A stretch of DNA of 64,000 nt from an uncultured Verrucomicrobiae bacterium. GTDB taxonomy: Bacteria; Verrucomicrobiota; Verrucomicrobiia; Palsa-1439. Below the pieces are notes generated by a model. The model was not told the origin of the DNA, made no database searches, and saw nothing but the letters and a program-made list of their open reading frames with translations. Shown one piece after another: positions 21,513 through 32,128 of the stretch. The first letter of the stretch is position 1. Each line of letters opens with the position of its first letter. The stretch lies in contig CAWEWF010000014.1 of assembly GCA_963812605.1 (NCBI GenBank), forward strand, positions 96,001 through 160,000, given 5' to 3'. Both the position numbers and the translations under genes were made by a program.

Positions 21513-23846
21513 TTACAGACTCGCCGCGACTTTTTCGACCGTGTAGCACTCCAGGATGTCGCCTTCCTGGATTCCAGGGAAATTCTCCAGCCGCAAGCCA
21601 CACTCCGACCCGGCTTTGGCCTCCCTGACGTCGTCTTGAAAATGTTTCAGGCTCGAGATGCGTCCCTCATACTGCACGGCCTTGCGACGCAGCAATCGGG
21701 CCCGCGCGCTCCGCGCGATGCGGCCATCAGTGACCACGCAACCCGCCACCGGCGGGCCCTTGGAAAGCTCGAATACCTTCCGCACTTCCGCGTGGCCGAT
21801 CACGACTTCCTTGGAATCGGGCTCCAGCAGGCCTTCCATCGATTCCTCGACCTGCTCTATCAACTCATAAATGATGGTGTACAACTTGATCTGCACATCC
21901 TCGTGCTTCGCCGCATCCGTGACGCCACTTTCTGGTTTCACGCGAAACCCAATGATCACGGCGGACGAAGCGCTGGCGAGCAGGACGTCGTTTTCCGTGA
22001 TGCTGCCGACCGCGCCATGGATGATTTCGAGTTCGATCTTCTCGCTCTTCAGTTTGCCCAGCGAATCGGCGATGGCTTCGAGCGAGCCTTGCACGTCGGC
22101 CTTGAGGACGAGGTGCAGCTTCTTGCGCTCGCCGTCCTTGAATTGCGTAAAGAGATCTTCGAGCCGTGAACCGCGCGCCTGTCCCAGGATCGCGCCCCGC
22201 GCCTCGAGTTCGCGCTGTTCGCTGAGGGCGCGGGCTTCTTTGTCGTTTTTCATGGCTGTGAACTCCGCGCCGGCATCGGGCAAACCGGAGAGGCCGACAA
22301 CCTTGACCGGCGTGGAGGGCGGCGCCTCCTTGATGCGCTGGCCTTTGTCGTTGATCAACGCGCGGATCTTCGCCCAGAACGGGCCGACCACGATGCCATC
22401 GCCCACGTGCAACGTGCCTTTGCGCACCAGCACGGTGGCGGTCGGTCCCATCCCCGGCTCGATCTGCGCCTCGATCACGTTGCCGCGCGCCGGGACTTTC
22501 GGGCTGGCTTTCAATTCCATGATCTCGGCTTGCAAGAGGATCATTTCCAGCAGCGTATCGATACCCTTCTTCGTCGTCGCGGAAACCTCGACGGTGATGG
22601 TTTCGCCGCCCCAGGATTCGGGACTAAGCCCGTGCTCTTGCAGTTGCTTTTTCACGCGGTCGGGATTGGCGGTCGGCAAATCGCATTTGTTGATGGCCAC
22701 GAGGATCGGCACCTGGGCGGCCTTGGCGTGATTGAGGGCCTCGATGGTCTGCGGCATGATGCCGTCGTCCGCGGCGACGACGAGGATCACGATGTCCGTG
22801 ACATTCGCGCCGCGCGCCCGCATCTTTGTGAAGGCCTCATGGCCGGGCGTGTCGAGGAACGTGATGGTCTTGCCTTCTGGCAGGGAGACGACACTGGCGC
22901 CAATGTGCTGCGTGATGCCGCCGCTCTCGTGGGCAACCACGTCCGTCGTTCGAATCGCATCGAGCAGCGAAGTTTTGCCATGGTCGACGTGACCCATGAC
23001 GGTGACCACCGGCGGGCGCGGCATCAGGTCGGTGGCTTGTTCTCCCACCTCGAGCGGCTCGACTTTCTTCGGCGGGGCGTGGACCGTGCCGGCGCCGCGT
23101 TCGCGCTTTTCCAGCTCGAAGAGGAAGCCGTGACGTTCACAAATCTTGCGCGCAATGTCTTCGCCAATGGTTTCCGACGGGTTGGCGAAAACATTCATGG
23201 TCATTAACTCGGCCAGCAGGACATGCGACTTGATGCCGATGCGCTGGGCGAAGTCCCGCACGATCACCGGCGGCTTCATTTGCACAACCTTGTTGCCCTT
23301 GTCGTCCACGATAAACGCGGGTTGCGTCGGCGTCGCTGGCGCATGGGCAGTCGGTCGTGGCGCGGGAGCGGGCGGTGCCACTGGTCGGTGCGCCGTCGTG
23401 ATCTTCACGGTCGGCTGCGGCGCGGGAGCCGGCCTCGGGGGCGCCGGAGTCGGTGTGGGTTTTGGAGCGGCGACCGGCGCCGGTGCGGGCGCCTGGGACA
23501 TCGGCGGTGTCACGACGGTCTTTGCCGGAGCCAGTTGGGGCGGTTCTGTGACGGCTTTTGGCGGTTCGGCAAGAGGCGCGGGTGGCGGAATGGTGGCGAC
23601 CACCGCGGCGCCGTCGTTTTTCTCAGCGGCTACAGCCGCCGGTGTTGCGGCCGGGGAGGCGGGCGCTTCGGGTGCGGCCGGTGGCGGCGCGACGTATCCG
23701 TATTCCTTTTCAATCGACTCGGCGGTGATCTTGTCGACGGTGCTGGAGTGGCTCTTCACGGGATAGTTCATCGTGTGCAGCTTTTCGATCATGTCCTTGT
23801 TCGAAAGGCCGCACCGCTTTGCCAACTCGTGTACGCGAATACTCAT
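21513..23846 (-). CDS. infB: Translation initiation factor IF-2
   Basis: IF2N domain, Pro/Ala-rich linker, [20 protein letters not shown]. Confidence 0.98.
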   Translation of the reverse strand: MSIRVHELAKRCGLSNKDMIEKLHTMNYPVKSHSSTVDKITAESIEKEYGYVAPPPAAPEAPASPAATPAAVAAEKNDGAAVVATIPPPAPLAEPPKAVTEPPQLAPAKTVVTPPMSQAPAPAPVAAPKPTPTPAPPRPAPAPQPTVKITTAHRPVAPPAPAPRPTAHAPATPTQPAFIVDDKGNKVVQMKPPVIVRDFAQRIGIKSHVLLAELMTMNVFANPSETIGEDIARKICERHGFLFELEKRERGAGTVHAPPKKVEPLEVGEQATDLMPRPPVVTVMGHVDHGKTSLLDAIRTTDVVAHESGGITQHIGASVVSLPEGKTITFLDTPGHEAFTKMRARGANVTDIVILVVAADDGIMPQTIEALNHAKAAQVPILVAINKCDLPTANPDRVKKQLQEHGLSPESWGGETITVEVSATTKKGIDTLLEMILLQAEIMELKASPKVPARGNVIEAQIEPGMGPTATVLVRKGTLHVGDGIVVGPFWAKIRALINDKGQRIKEAPPSTPVKVVGLSGLPDAGAEFTAMKNDKEARALSEQRELEARGAILGQARGSRLEDLFTQFKDGERKKLHLVLKADVQGSLEAIADSLGKLKSEKIELEIIHGAVGSITENDVLLASASSAVIIGFRVKPESGVTDAAKHEDVQIKLYTIIYELIEQVEESMEGLLEPDSKEVVIGHAEVRKVFELSKGPPVAGCVVTDGRIARSARARLLRRKAVQYEGRISSLKHFQDDVREAKAGSECGLRLENFPGIQEGDILECYTVEKVAASL

Positions 23847-25144
23847 TACGCCTTTGGTTCACCCTCCGCCTTCGGTTCATCCTCCGTGGGCTGGGCCGCT
23901 TCGCGCCGTTCCTGCTCCGCATTGGCGGCCTGTTGCGCCGCCGCTGCTTTTTCCGCGCCCAAAATATCGGTCAGATCATTCAGGTCCGCCGCGAGCAATC
24001 CTTCCAGGGAATGGAAACCGCCCTTGACCAGACCCTCAGCCGTCTCACGATCAATTCCCTGGATCGTCATGATCTCTTGTATCGCGCGCGCAACTTTCTC
24101 TTCGAAGCCCAGTTCCGCCGTCTCTTCCTTCTCAATCTCTATGTTCCAACTGGTCAGCTTGGCGGTCAAGCGCGCGTTCTGGCCTTTTTTGCCGATGGCC
24201 AGGGAAAGCTGGTCGGGGTCAACGATGATTTTCACGGAATGCCGCGCCTCGTCGATGACGAGATTCCGCAGCTTGGCCGGGGCCAGCGCGTTGGTGACGT
24301 ACTGCCGAACATTCGGGTCCCAACGGATGATATCGATTTTTTCGCCGCTGAGTTCGCGGACGATGTTTTTCACACGCATCCCGCGCATGCCGACGCAGGC
24401 GCCAACGGGGTCGACTTTCTCGTCGTGCGACAAGACGGCAATCTTCGTCCGATAACCCGCTTCGCGCGCGATGCCTTTGATCTCGACCGTCTTGTCGGCG
24501 ATTTCCGAGACTTCGAGTTCAAAAAGTTTGCGGACAAAATCGGGATGGCTGCGGGAAAGGACGATCTCCGGGCCGTGCGCGGCATTTTCGACGCTCAGCG
24601 TGTAGGCGCGGATGCGGTCGCCCGGTTGGTACTCTTCGGTGGGCACGCGCTCGCGGCTGGGCATGATGCCTTCGATCTTGCCCAGGTCGATGATGACGTC
24701 GCTGCGTTCGAAGCGGCGCACCGTGCCGGAAAGGATGTCGCCGGCGCGGCCCTTGAACTCCTCGAACACCATGTTCTTTTCGACCTGGCGGATGCGCTGG
24801 AGCATCGCCTGCTTGGCGGTTTGCGCGGCGATGCGCCCAAAATTCTGCGGCGTGACCTCGATTTCGATGTTTTCACCGAGCTGGGCGGCCGGAAACCGAC
24901 GGCGCGCGTCCGCCAACGAAATCTCATCGTGCTTGTTGACGACATTCTCGACCACCAGTTGCTTGGCGAGGGCGCGAATCACGCCCGTCTTACGGTCGAT
25001 TTCAATGCGGAGATCGCGTGCGGGACCGACACTTTTCTTGGACGCTTGCAGCAAAGCCTGCTCGACGGCCTCAAACAGGATTTCCCTGTCAATGCCTTTT
25101 TCGCGCTGAAAATATTCTACTGCGACTATTAGTTCACCGCTCAT
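23846..25144 (-). CDS. nusA: Transcription termination factor NusA
   Basis: FGRIAAQTAKQ, S1 and KH domains, LSLAIGKKGQNARL. Confidence 0.98.
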   Translation of the reverse strand: MSGELIVAVEYFQREKGIDREILFEAVEQALLQASKKSVGPARDLRIEIDRKTGVIRALAKQLVVENVVNKHDEISLADARRRFPAAQLGENIEIEVTPQNFGRIAAQTAKQAMLQRIRQVEKNMVFEEFKGRAGDILSGTVRRFERSDVIIDLGKIEGIMPSRERVPTEEYQPGDRIRAYTLSVENAAHGPEIVLSRSHPDFVRKLFELEVSEIADKTVEIKGIAREAGYRTKIAVLSHDEKVDPVGACVGMRGMRVKNIVRELSGEKIDIIRWDPNVRQYVTNALAPAKLRNLVIDEARHSVKIIVDPDQLSLAIGKKGQNARLTAKLTSWNIEIEKEETAELGFEEKVARAIQEIMTIQGIDRETAEGLVKGGFHSLEGLLAADLNDLTDILGAEKAAAAQQAANAEQERREAAQPTEDEPKAEGEPKA

Positions 25145-25180
25145 AAGCGTTCCGTATCCTTCGTCGGCACAACCCTTTCA

Positions 25181-25216
25181 GGGAACAAAAAAGTGGGTTT
25201 TTGACCCACTGGTTCC
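25181..25216 (-). promoter_or_regulatory. rimP-leader-like attenuator hairpin upstream of nusA
   Basis: Minus strand AGTGGGT-caaaa-ACCCACT followed by a T-run, about 40 nt before the nusA start. Confidence 0.7.
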
Positions 25217-25334
25217 ATACCGCCAAAATCTACCCGCAAAATATAGGTGAATCACCGGAATCGGTCAAGCTCATATCAAGCCGGGCGTAACGGGCTTGTT
25301 TTGCGACGCGCCGGGCCCTTACAATGCGCGGCCA

Positions 25335-25960
25335 ATGAACCTGCCGAACAGGTTGACCGTCGCCCGCATCGTCCTGACCGTATATTTTGTCATGGCCCTG
25401 CTGTTGCCGCCGGCTGGCTGGATCCGCTCGCATTTCCCGTTTGGGAAGACGACGGCGCTGATTATCTTTGTTGTGGCGAGCCTGACGGACTGGTGGGACG
25501 GCTGGTACGCTCGGCGGCACAATATGGAGACGAGCTTCGGCATGCTGTTGGACCCGCTGGCTGATAAAATCCTGACGACGGCGGCTTTCATCTGCTTTAT
25601 CGAGCAGCCCAGCTACCGACCGGGCGTGCCATTGGTCCAGGCGTGGATGGTGCTGGTGATCGTGGCGCGGGAATTCCTCGTCACGGGACTGCGATTGTTG
25701 GCCGTCCAACAGGGCGTCGTGCTGCGCGCCGAGCGGCTGGGCAAACACAAGACCGTCTCGCAAATGGTGACGATTATTTTCATCCTGCTTGGATTGGCCG
25801 CCCGTGAGGATTGGAATTGTTTTGGCTGGAGCCTCAGCGGTTCAACGTGATATTTTCACGGTCGGCGTTCGGGTTGATGCTGTTGACCGTTGGGCTGACG
25901 CTTCTCTCGGGCATCGTCTATTTCTACAAGAACGGGGAACGCTTCCTTCATGATGCGTGA
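25335..25960 (+). CDS. pgsA: CDP-diacylglycerol--glycerol-3-phosphate 3-phosphatidyltransferase; frameshift near 25835
   Basis: MNLPNRLTVAR, TDWWDGWYAR...FGMLLDPLADK, REFLVTGLR, GKHKT. Confidence 0.93.
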
Positions 25961-26421
25961 TCGACTTGTCAAATTCGTGGCAACTGGCTTTGGGGTTGGT
26001 TATGTGCCGGTGGCACCGGGTATCCGCCGGCTCGCTGGTGGGGATCGGCTTCTGGTGGGCGCTGAACCAAACGCAGCATGTCTGGCTGCGCGGTCTATTA
26101 CTGGTGCTCGCCATTGCGCTGGCCGTGTGGTTCGCGGGCGCCGCTGCGGAATTGATGCATCATCCCGACCCGTCGAGTGTCGTGATCGACGAGATCGTGG
26201 CGATGCCCCTGGTGATGATCGGTTTGGGCGCGCGTTGGTGGCATGTGGTTGTGGCGTTTGCGCTCTTTCGTCTTTTCGACATTTGGAAACCACCACCCGT
26301 TCGTGAAGCGGAGGATTTTTCAGGAGGGATTGGAATCGTGTTGGATGATCTGTTGGCCGCCGCCTATGCTTGCCTGGCGACGCATCTGGTCGTGTATTTG
26401 GTCAGTTTGACGGGGCGTTGA
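25953..26421 (+). CDS. pgpA: Phosphatidylglycerophosphatase A; frameshift near 26025
   Basis: ATGFGVGYVPVAPG, DPSSVVIDEIV, FRLFDIWKP, GIVLDDLLA. Confidence 0.92.
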
Positions 26422-26653
26422 GCTTGGCGAGGAAAACCTCGAGCTGGCCGGTGTCGAAGTTGGCAAGGACATGACCATCCACGACGATGGTGGGAACAAA
26501 ACGCTGGCCGGAAAGACGCCGCATCTCCTTGTCGGCAGCCGCGTCGCAGCCCACGTCAATTTCCTCAAACGCGATGCCGTGCGCCTTCAAATAATCCTTG
26601 GCTTCAACGCACCAGCCGCACCAATTGCGCGAGTAAAGTTTGACGTGCCGCAT
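26402..26653 (-). CDS. Glutaredoxin/NrdH-like redoxin (intact copy)
   Basis: VKLYSRNWCGWCVEAKDYL CxxC motif, VPTIVVDG. Confidence 0.92.
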   Translation of the reverse strand: MRHVKLYSRNWCGWCVEAKDYLKAHGIAFEEIDVGCDAAADKEMRRLSGQRFVPTIVVDGHVLANFDTGQLEVFLAKLNAPSN

Positions 26654-26666
26654 GATTTTTCCTTGT
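26488..26666. repeat. Left copy of 179-bp direct repeat (5' part of glutaredoxin gene)
   Basis: Matches 28064-28242 at 171/179 positions by manual alignment. Confidence 0.95.
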
Positions 26667-26985
26667 TATTAAGATGCACAAGTGGAAAAGGAAGTCGCAC
26701 TATAATGCACAAGTCGAAGTAGAGGAAGGAGAGGTTTTTTGAGCATTCCTTCCATCTCGTTTCGTTGTCGCCCGTTCAGACTTCTCGCTCAACGTTTTGG
26801 CCCTGTGATAACGTGTCGGATTTTGCGGCGAAATAGCAAACTGTTGGAAAAGCACCATTTGTCATGAAAACTGGTGTGATTTCTGTGGACGGTGGCTGCG
26901 AATTGGCTGGTTGCAGAGGTACGAGTCCTGCCTGCGAGGGCTCTTGCTTGGTGAAGTGGATTTGGTACGCTAATATCTTGACCGT

Positions 26986-27297
26986 ATGGAGATTCCATCT
27001 TCACAGTGCCCTGTAACAGAGTTGAAGCCCCGTGGCTGGCCTTACGCATTGGAGAGCGTCGTTGCATTGCTTCTTATGGGATTCTTCATCCCCATTAATT
27101 ATCCAGGTGGGCATGGTCATCCGTACTGTGGAGTTAATGGTGCAGCATTTGCAGTGTTATGCGCTGCCATCTGTTGCCACGGATATCTGTGGTGTCCCCG
27201 ACATCTGCTTTGGGCGAAGGCCGTCACCTTCATTTCCCTCACACTTTCCTTGAGTTTCACCATGTGGTGCGTGCTTACGTACATTTTGCACACTTGA
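26986..27297 (+). CDS. Small membrane protein (about 3 TM helices), lower GC than flanks
   Basis: Hydrophobic stretches VVALLLMGFFI, AFAVLCAAICC, AVTFISLTLSLSFTMWCVL. Confidence 0.5.
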   Translation: MEIPSSQCPVTELKPRGWPYALESVVALLLMGFFIPINYPGGHGHPYCGVNGAAFAVLCAAICCHGYLWCPRHLLWAKAVTFISLTLSLSFTMWCVLTYILHT

Positions 27298-27526
27298 GTC
27301 GCTTCACTTGCCGAGTTGCTCTAGTAAATACGGAAACCTTTGTGAGTTGAAACCGCAAGGTTCGCAAACCGTCCAAAGCGGGGAGTCTCGGAAGTGGCGG
27401 GAGGCAGGGTTAGAATTGAGGCGGAGAGGGGCCAGCGCAAGGGGTTCACCCCTGCGCGGCCCCTCCGCCCCTGAAGTGTGTTAGATGACGAGCTGACGGG
27501 GTGCAAGGAGCGGCGAGGTGGGGGGG

Positions 27527-27763
27527 CTACGGGCGGCGTCGGGACGCAATCCAGAGGTCGAACATGGCGGGCCTGTCGGAAAAGTGACGGTGGCATCGTC
27601 GGCAGAGACAAATCCCATTGTCGAGGACAAGTTGGAGGGACGGCGTGCGGGAACGGGGGATGATGTGGGCGGCGTCCAGATTTGTCTCGGAGCGGCAGTG
27701 TTGGCAGCACCACTCGTCTCTGTCGAGGACGGCGAAGAACCAATCGTGGAGGTTGTGAATCAT
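27527..27763 (-). CDS. Minimal HNH endonuclease (78 aa)
   Basis: VLDRDEWCCQHC...LDAAHIIPRS...LDNGICLCRRCH: Zn-binding CxxC pairs plus H-N-H residues. Confidence 0.8.
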   Translation of the reverse strand: MIHNLHDWFFAVLDRDEWCCQHCRSETNLDAAHIIPRSRTPSLQLVLDNGICLCRRCHRHFSDRPAMFDLWIASRRRP

Positions 27764-28063
27764 CGGGGCCTTTCCGCGAGAACGACTCGCTGTTGAAAAG
27801 AGCGCACCCCGTAGTTTTTTTTCGAGGGGAGAGGGGCGGAAAAAAATGTCAAGGAGGAACGCACCGCAGACGGCGGGGGGAGGGGGTCGAGGAGCGTAGT
27901 ATCCTTGACACTCGCGAAGGGGTAGAATCGAAGACCAGCGAGGAGAGCCTAAAATCAATCGAGTCGGACGAGTCAGCTAGGCGAGGGGGTTCGGTCGTGT
28001 CGTTGGGAGGTCTTTAGGGATTCAGCGCCAAGAGAGCATGAGACTGGAGAGGGGAACTACATT

Positions 28064-28242
28064 TGGTGGGAACGAAACGCTGGCCGGAAATACGCCGCAT
28101 CTCTTGGTCAGCAGCCGCGTCGCAACCCACGTCAATTTCCTCAAACGCGATGCCGTGGGCCTTCAAGTAATCCTTGGCTTCAACGCACCAGCCGCACCAA
28201 TTGCGCGAGTAAAGTTTGACGTGCCGCATGATTTTTCCTTGT
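28064..28242 (-). pseudogene. Truncated glutaredoxin 5' copy (right direct repeat)
   Basis: MRHVKLYSRNWCGWC...GQRFVPT, then runs into unrelated insert sequence. Confidence 0.9.
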
Positions 28243-28304
28243 GAATCGCCCGCTAACATCGCAGATTGGATGCCGTTTGCAACCTTACGGTTGCGGGTAA
28301 ACTC

Positions 28305-29887
28305 ATGAAAATCCTGATTGCCGATCCAATCTCAAAGCGCGGTGTCGAGTTGCTGCGGGCCAACAAGGCCTTCCAAGTCGATGAAAATGTCGGCCTGAAA
28401 GAGGACGCGCTCTGCGAAATCATTGGCGGGTACGACGCGCTCATCGTGCGCAGCCAGACCAAGGTCAACAAGCGCGTCATCGAGGCCGCGAAGAAACTTC
28501 GCGTGGTCGGTCGCGCCGGCGTTGGCGTCGATAATGTCGACGTGGACGCGGCCACGCGCCGGGGCATCATCGTGATGAACACGCCCGGCGGCAATACCAT
28601 CTCCACCGCGGAGCACACGTTCTCGATGATGATGGCGCTGGCCCGCAATATCCCACAGGCCCACATGTCGATGAAGGCGGGGAAGTGGGACCGCAAATCT
28701 TTTGAAGGCGTCGAACTCTACAACAAGACGCTCGGCATCATCGGCATGGGACGTATCGGCACGGAAGTGGCCCGGCGGGCGATTGCGTTCGGGATGCGGG
28801 TGTTGACGTATGATCCGTTCCTGAGCCTCAGCCGCGCGAAGGCACTGCAAGTCGAAGTCGTGGAACTCGACGAGATCTACAAGCGCTCGGATTTCATCAC
28901 CGTGCATGTCCCGATGACCGACCAGACGCGCGGGATGATCAACAAAGACACGATTGCGAAGATGAAGAACGGCGTGCGGCTGATCAATTGCGCGCGCGGC
29001 GGCATCATCAACGAGAAAGATTTGTACGACGCCATTAAGAGCGGCAAGGTCGCCGGTGCCGCGCTCGACGTATATGAGCAGGAGCCGCCGAAGGATTCTC
29101 CATTGTGGAATTGCCGCAGGTGGTGATGACCCCGCATCTGGCGGCGTCAACCACGGAAGCGCAGGAATCGGTCGGTGTCGAGGTGGCCGAGCAGATTGCC
29201 GATGTGCTGGCGGGCGGCACCATCCGCAACGCCGTGAACATGCCGACCATCGATGCGAAAGTGCTGGCCGTGCTGCAGCCCTACCTGACGTTTGGCGAGA
29301 AGATGGGCCGGCTGTTGGCCCAGATCGCGCCGCGACGCATCGAGCGGTTGTCGATTGAGTTTTGCGGCAAGGCGGGCGAGTTGGAGAGCGGCCCGATTGG
29401 GCGGGCGGTGTTGAAGGGGTTTCTTGAAAACGCCCAGGGCGGCGACGTGAATTACGTCAATGCTCCCGTGATTGCGCAAACGCTCGGCATTCGCGTTGGC
29501 GAAGTGAAGAGCAGTGAGCCGATTGATTATGCGGAGTTGATCAACGTCCGCGCGTTTGTAGAAGGGCAGGTGGCGAGCGTTTCCGGGACGTTTTACGGTT
29601 CGCCGAACAATCCGCGCATCGTCCGCATCAACGACCGGCCCGTCGAGGCCGTGCCGCACGGCGTGCTGTTCATCATGAGCAACAAGGACCGGCCCGGCAT
29701 CGTCGGCTGGATCGGCACGACCATGGGCAAACACGGCGTCAACATCGCCAGCATGTCCCTCGGTCGCGATAAAGAAGGCGGCCAGGCCCTCACCGTCCTG
29801 AACCTCGACAGCCCCCCCAGCGACGCCCTCCTCGCCGAGATCCGCAAAGACAAGGACATCTTCGACGTGAAGGTGGCGAAGCTGTGA
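28305..29887 (+). CDS. serA: D-3-phosphoglycerate dehydrogenase; frameshift near 29105
   Basis: GRAGVGVDNVD, GMGRIG, NCARGG, TPHLAAST.EAQ, C-terminal ACT domain NKDRPGIVG. Confidence 0.97.
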
Positions 29888-30378
29888 AGTATGCGCGGTT
29901 TGAAGAATTGCCGGTCTGGCAGGCGGGAATGGAACTCGCCGAGAAGGTCTTCCGTTTGACCGAGCACAAGAGTTTCAGTTACAAGGGGGATTTGCGAAGT
30001 CAATTGCAGCGCGCCGCATTGTCGGTTTGCAACAACATCGCGGAAGGTTTTGAACGCGGCACGACACCCGAATTGCTCACATTCCTCTATATCGCCCGTG
30101 GTTCGGCCGGTGAAGTGCGTTCGATGCTCATTTTGTGTGATCGCCTTCCATACTTCGCCGATTTCAAATCTGAAATCTCAGATCTCAGATCCAAAGCCGA
30201 ATCTATCTCCCGCCAACTTCGCGCTTGGGCTGATTCCTTGCAGAACTCGGATATTAAAGGCCAGCGGTATCTCACCGAACGCAGCCGAGCCGAAGACGAT
30301 CAGAAGAAGCGAGCCGATGCTTTCGTCGCCAAGCTAAAGAAAGTGCAGCAGAAGGGATCAAATACGATTTCTGCGTGA
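29884..30378 (+). CDS. Four-helix-bundle protein (23S rRNA IVP/bAvd-like family)
   Basis: RFEELPVWQ, QLQRAALSVCNNIAEGFER, FLYIARGSAGEVRS. Confidence 0.92.
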   Translation: MKYARFEELPVWQAGMELAEKVFRLTEHKSFSYKGDLRSQLQRAALSVCNNIAEGFERGTTPELLTFLYIARGSAGEVRSMLILCDRLPYFADFKSEISDLRSKAESISRQLRAWADSLQNSDIKGQRYLTERSRAEDDQKKRADAFVAKLKKVQQKGSNTISA

Positions 30379-30407
30379 GATCGTCATTCGAGAGAACCTG
30401 CCAATGA

Positions 30408-32127
30408 ATGTCTATGAAACTCTCTCCTGACAAAAAGCTGGCGGGCATTCTGTGCCCGGTGTTTTCGATTCGCACGGAGGATGACCTGGGCATTGGCGAT
30501 ACTGAGGGCGTGCGCCAGATGATCGATTGGTGTCACGAGCATGGGTTTGGCCTGTTGCAGGTGCTGCCGATCAACGAGACGAGCGACGACAATTCGCCTT
30601 ACAATGCCATCAGTTCGATGGCGCTTGGATCCGACGACGATCGCCATCTCGCCCAAGTATCTTCCGGATTTGTCAGTGGCGAAATTCAAGGAGATTGCCA
30701 AGCCGGGGTTGCTCAAGGAATTGCGCGCGGGCGCGGTGAAGTACACGAAGGTGAAGGAACTGAAGCGCTCGCTGTTACGCGCGGCGTTTGAGGCGTTCCT
30801 GGCGGAGCACTGGAACAAGAAGACCGAGCGCAGTGAGTCGTTTCGCGCGTTTCTCGGCGAAAATGGGGACTGGATTTCCGATTATGCGATGTTCCGCGTG
30901 CTGATGGAGGACTACCATGACTGGCCCACGTGGGACGAATGGCCGCTGGATCGCCAGAACCCAAAAAAGGCATGGTCATGGTTCCTGTCGTTGCCCACGC
31001 GGCAACGCGATGAGTACGCCGAGCGCATTCTGTTCTGTGCCTACGTCCAGTGGATCGCTTACGATCAATGGAAGAAGGTCAAGGAGCACGGCACAGAAAA
31101 AAAAGTGTACTTGATGGGCGACATCCCTTTCGGCGTCAATCGCTACAGTTCCGACGTGTGGGGCAATCGCGCCATCTTCGATCTCACTTGGAGCGGGGGG
31201 TGTCCGCCCGAGAAGGTTTTCAAGGTGGATCCGTTTACGGAGAAATGGGGACAAAACTGGGGCATTCCGCTCTACAAATGGGACGTATCGCGCGCGCGCA
31301 ACCACGATTGGTGGCGTATCCGCTGTGGCAACATCCACAAGGTATTCCACCTGTTCCGCATCGACCACGTGTTGGGTTTCTTCCGTATCTATTCGTTCCC
31401 GTGGCCGCCGAAGGAAAACGGGAAATTCCTGCCGCTGACCGAGGAACAAGCCGTGAAACGCACCAGTGGACGTTTGCCGCATTTTCAACCGCACGCCGAC
31501 GACACTCCCGAGGGAGCGAAGCTCAATCAGAAGCAAGGTGAAGAGCTGCTGGCGATGGTGCTGGAAGCGGCGGGGGATACCGCCGTTGTCGCGGAAGATT
31601 TGGGGGTCGTGCCGCCGTACGTCCCGTTGGCACTGGAGCGCCTGAAAATTCCCGGGTACAAGATCCCGCATTTTTTGCGCGAGAAGGACTACTCCTTTGT
31701 CGATGGCAAGACCTATCCGCGTTTGTCGCTGGCAACGCCCGCGACGCACGACCACGAACCGATTGCGAGAATGTGGCATGAGTTGTGGGAGAAAGCCGAT
31801 AGCGGCGACGACGGCGCGCGGTGGGATTTGAAGCGCTGGATGAAATTCTGCGGCGCGGAACAGGAAGCGCCCCCGCGCGAGTTCAATGATCGCATCCATC
31901 AACTCATCCTTCGCGGCGTGCTCAACTCCAATTCCTGGTTCGCCGTGTTCATGATCACTGACATTTTCGGCACCGAAGGCCGTTTCAATGTTCCCGGCGC
32001 GGTCAGCGAAGGGAATTGGTCCTACCGCCTCGACAAAACGATGGCCGAACTCGACAACGATCCGCAACTTCTCCACAAAACGCAGATGTTCACGAAGCTG
32101 GTAGAGGAGAGCCGCCGTCTGCCCTAA
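30408..32127 (+). CDS. malQ: 4-alpha-glucanotransferase (GH77); frameshift near 30628
   Basis: GIGD, LQVLPIN...SPYNAISS, LMGDIPFGV, GQNWGIPLY, FRIDHVLGF, AEDLG, THDH. Confidence 0.95.
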
Positions 32128-32128
32128 G

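Larger units (their letters stand above)
26667..28063. mobile_element. 1.4 kb insert between duplicated glutaredoxin 5' halves
   Basis: Flanked by the 179-bp direct repeat; atypical composition; carries an HNH ORF, a membrane ORF and hairpins. Confidence 0.7.

Noticed and set aside
20019-25132. Long plus-strand ORFs opposite nrnA, infB and nusA
   Set aside because: Antisense shadows expected from high-GC codon bias, with no recognisable motifs.
27527-27958. IscB/Cas9-like or CRISPR-associated nuclease
   Set aside because: Only a ~78-aa HNH domain with no RuvC motifs, and I found no repeat-spacer array anywhere in the window.
26488-30378. Diversity-generating retroelement (grx repeats as TR/VR, four-helix bundle as Avd)
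   Set aside because: The 8 mismatches are not adenine-specific on either strand and are mostly synonymous, and there is no reverse transcriptase in the window.
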